This document shows, one piece after another, positions 63,999 to 64,000 of a stretch of 64,000 nt of DNA. Numbering within the stretch: position 1 is the first letter of the stretch; the number at the start of each line of letters is the position of its first letter. Under the pieces are notes generated by a model. The model saw only the letters and a program-made list of their open reading frames with translations. It made no database searches and was not told the DNA's origin. The position numbers and the translations under genes were made by a program. Location: positions 391,709 through 455,708 of the IMG/VR virus record IMGVR_UViG_3300032770_000001; one strand, written 5' to 3'.

Positions 63999-64000
63999 GG

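Noticed and set aside
1-64000. Stop-codon reassignment (TAG or TGA)
   Set aside because: Genes are full length and tightly packed under code 11; reading through the TAG at 19830 meets TAA within a few codons.
1-64000. tRNA genes, CRISPR arrays, DGR/reverse transcriptase, portal, large terminase, tape measure
   Set aside because: None recognised by eye in this window; the missing virion genes presumably lie elsewhere in the genome.

Overview
This window comes from a large contractile-tailed (myovirus-like, probably jumbo) bacteriophage genome; most genes are on the minus strand and it uses the standard genetic code. It holds the virion module: head-tail adaptor and neck genes, tail sheath, tail tube, assemblin-type prohead protease, scaffold, decoration protein, HK97-fold major capsid protein (MCP) and fibre/Ig-domain proteins. 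It also holds a cluster of about 25 small early genes (9.8-19.4 kb), eight free-standing HNH/EndoVII/GIY-YIG endonuclease genes, a GT31 glycosyltransferase, a NUDIX hydrolase and nucleotide-modification-associated genes. The main candidate novel system is a set of late-expressed polyproteins (1..2105, 2767..4713, 19830..20594, 20635..25683, 44932..47778, 48685..50214). They are built from small modules separated by K-x-A(A/S) motifs, and the same motif flanks the prohead protease domain and punctuates the scaffold. I infer that they are head-packaged cargo cut by the prohead protease into many effectors, including a sigma-factor-like domain, an R-S-E ADP-ribosyltransferase, HiPIP-like and Zn-finger modules, and acidic modules resembling stand-alone early proteins. 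Other highlights: two small genes carrying separate pieces of the MCP (possible decoys), a prfB-like +1 frameshift site, a multi-ubiquitin-like domain fusion, and three distinct promoter classes visible in the sequence. All family assignments are from motif recognition by eye; no searches were run.
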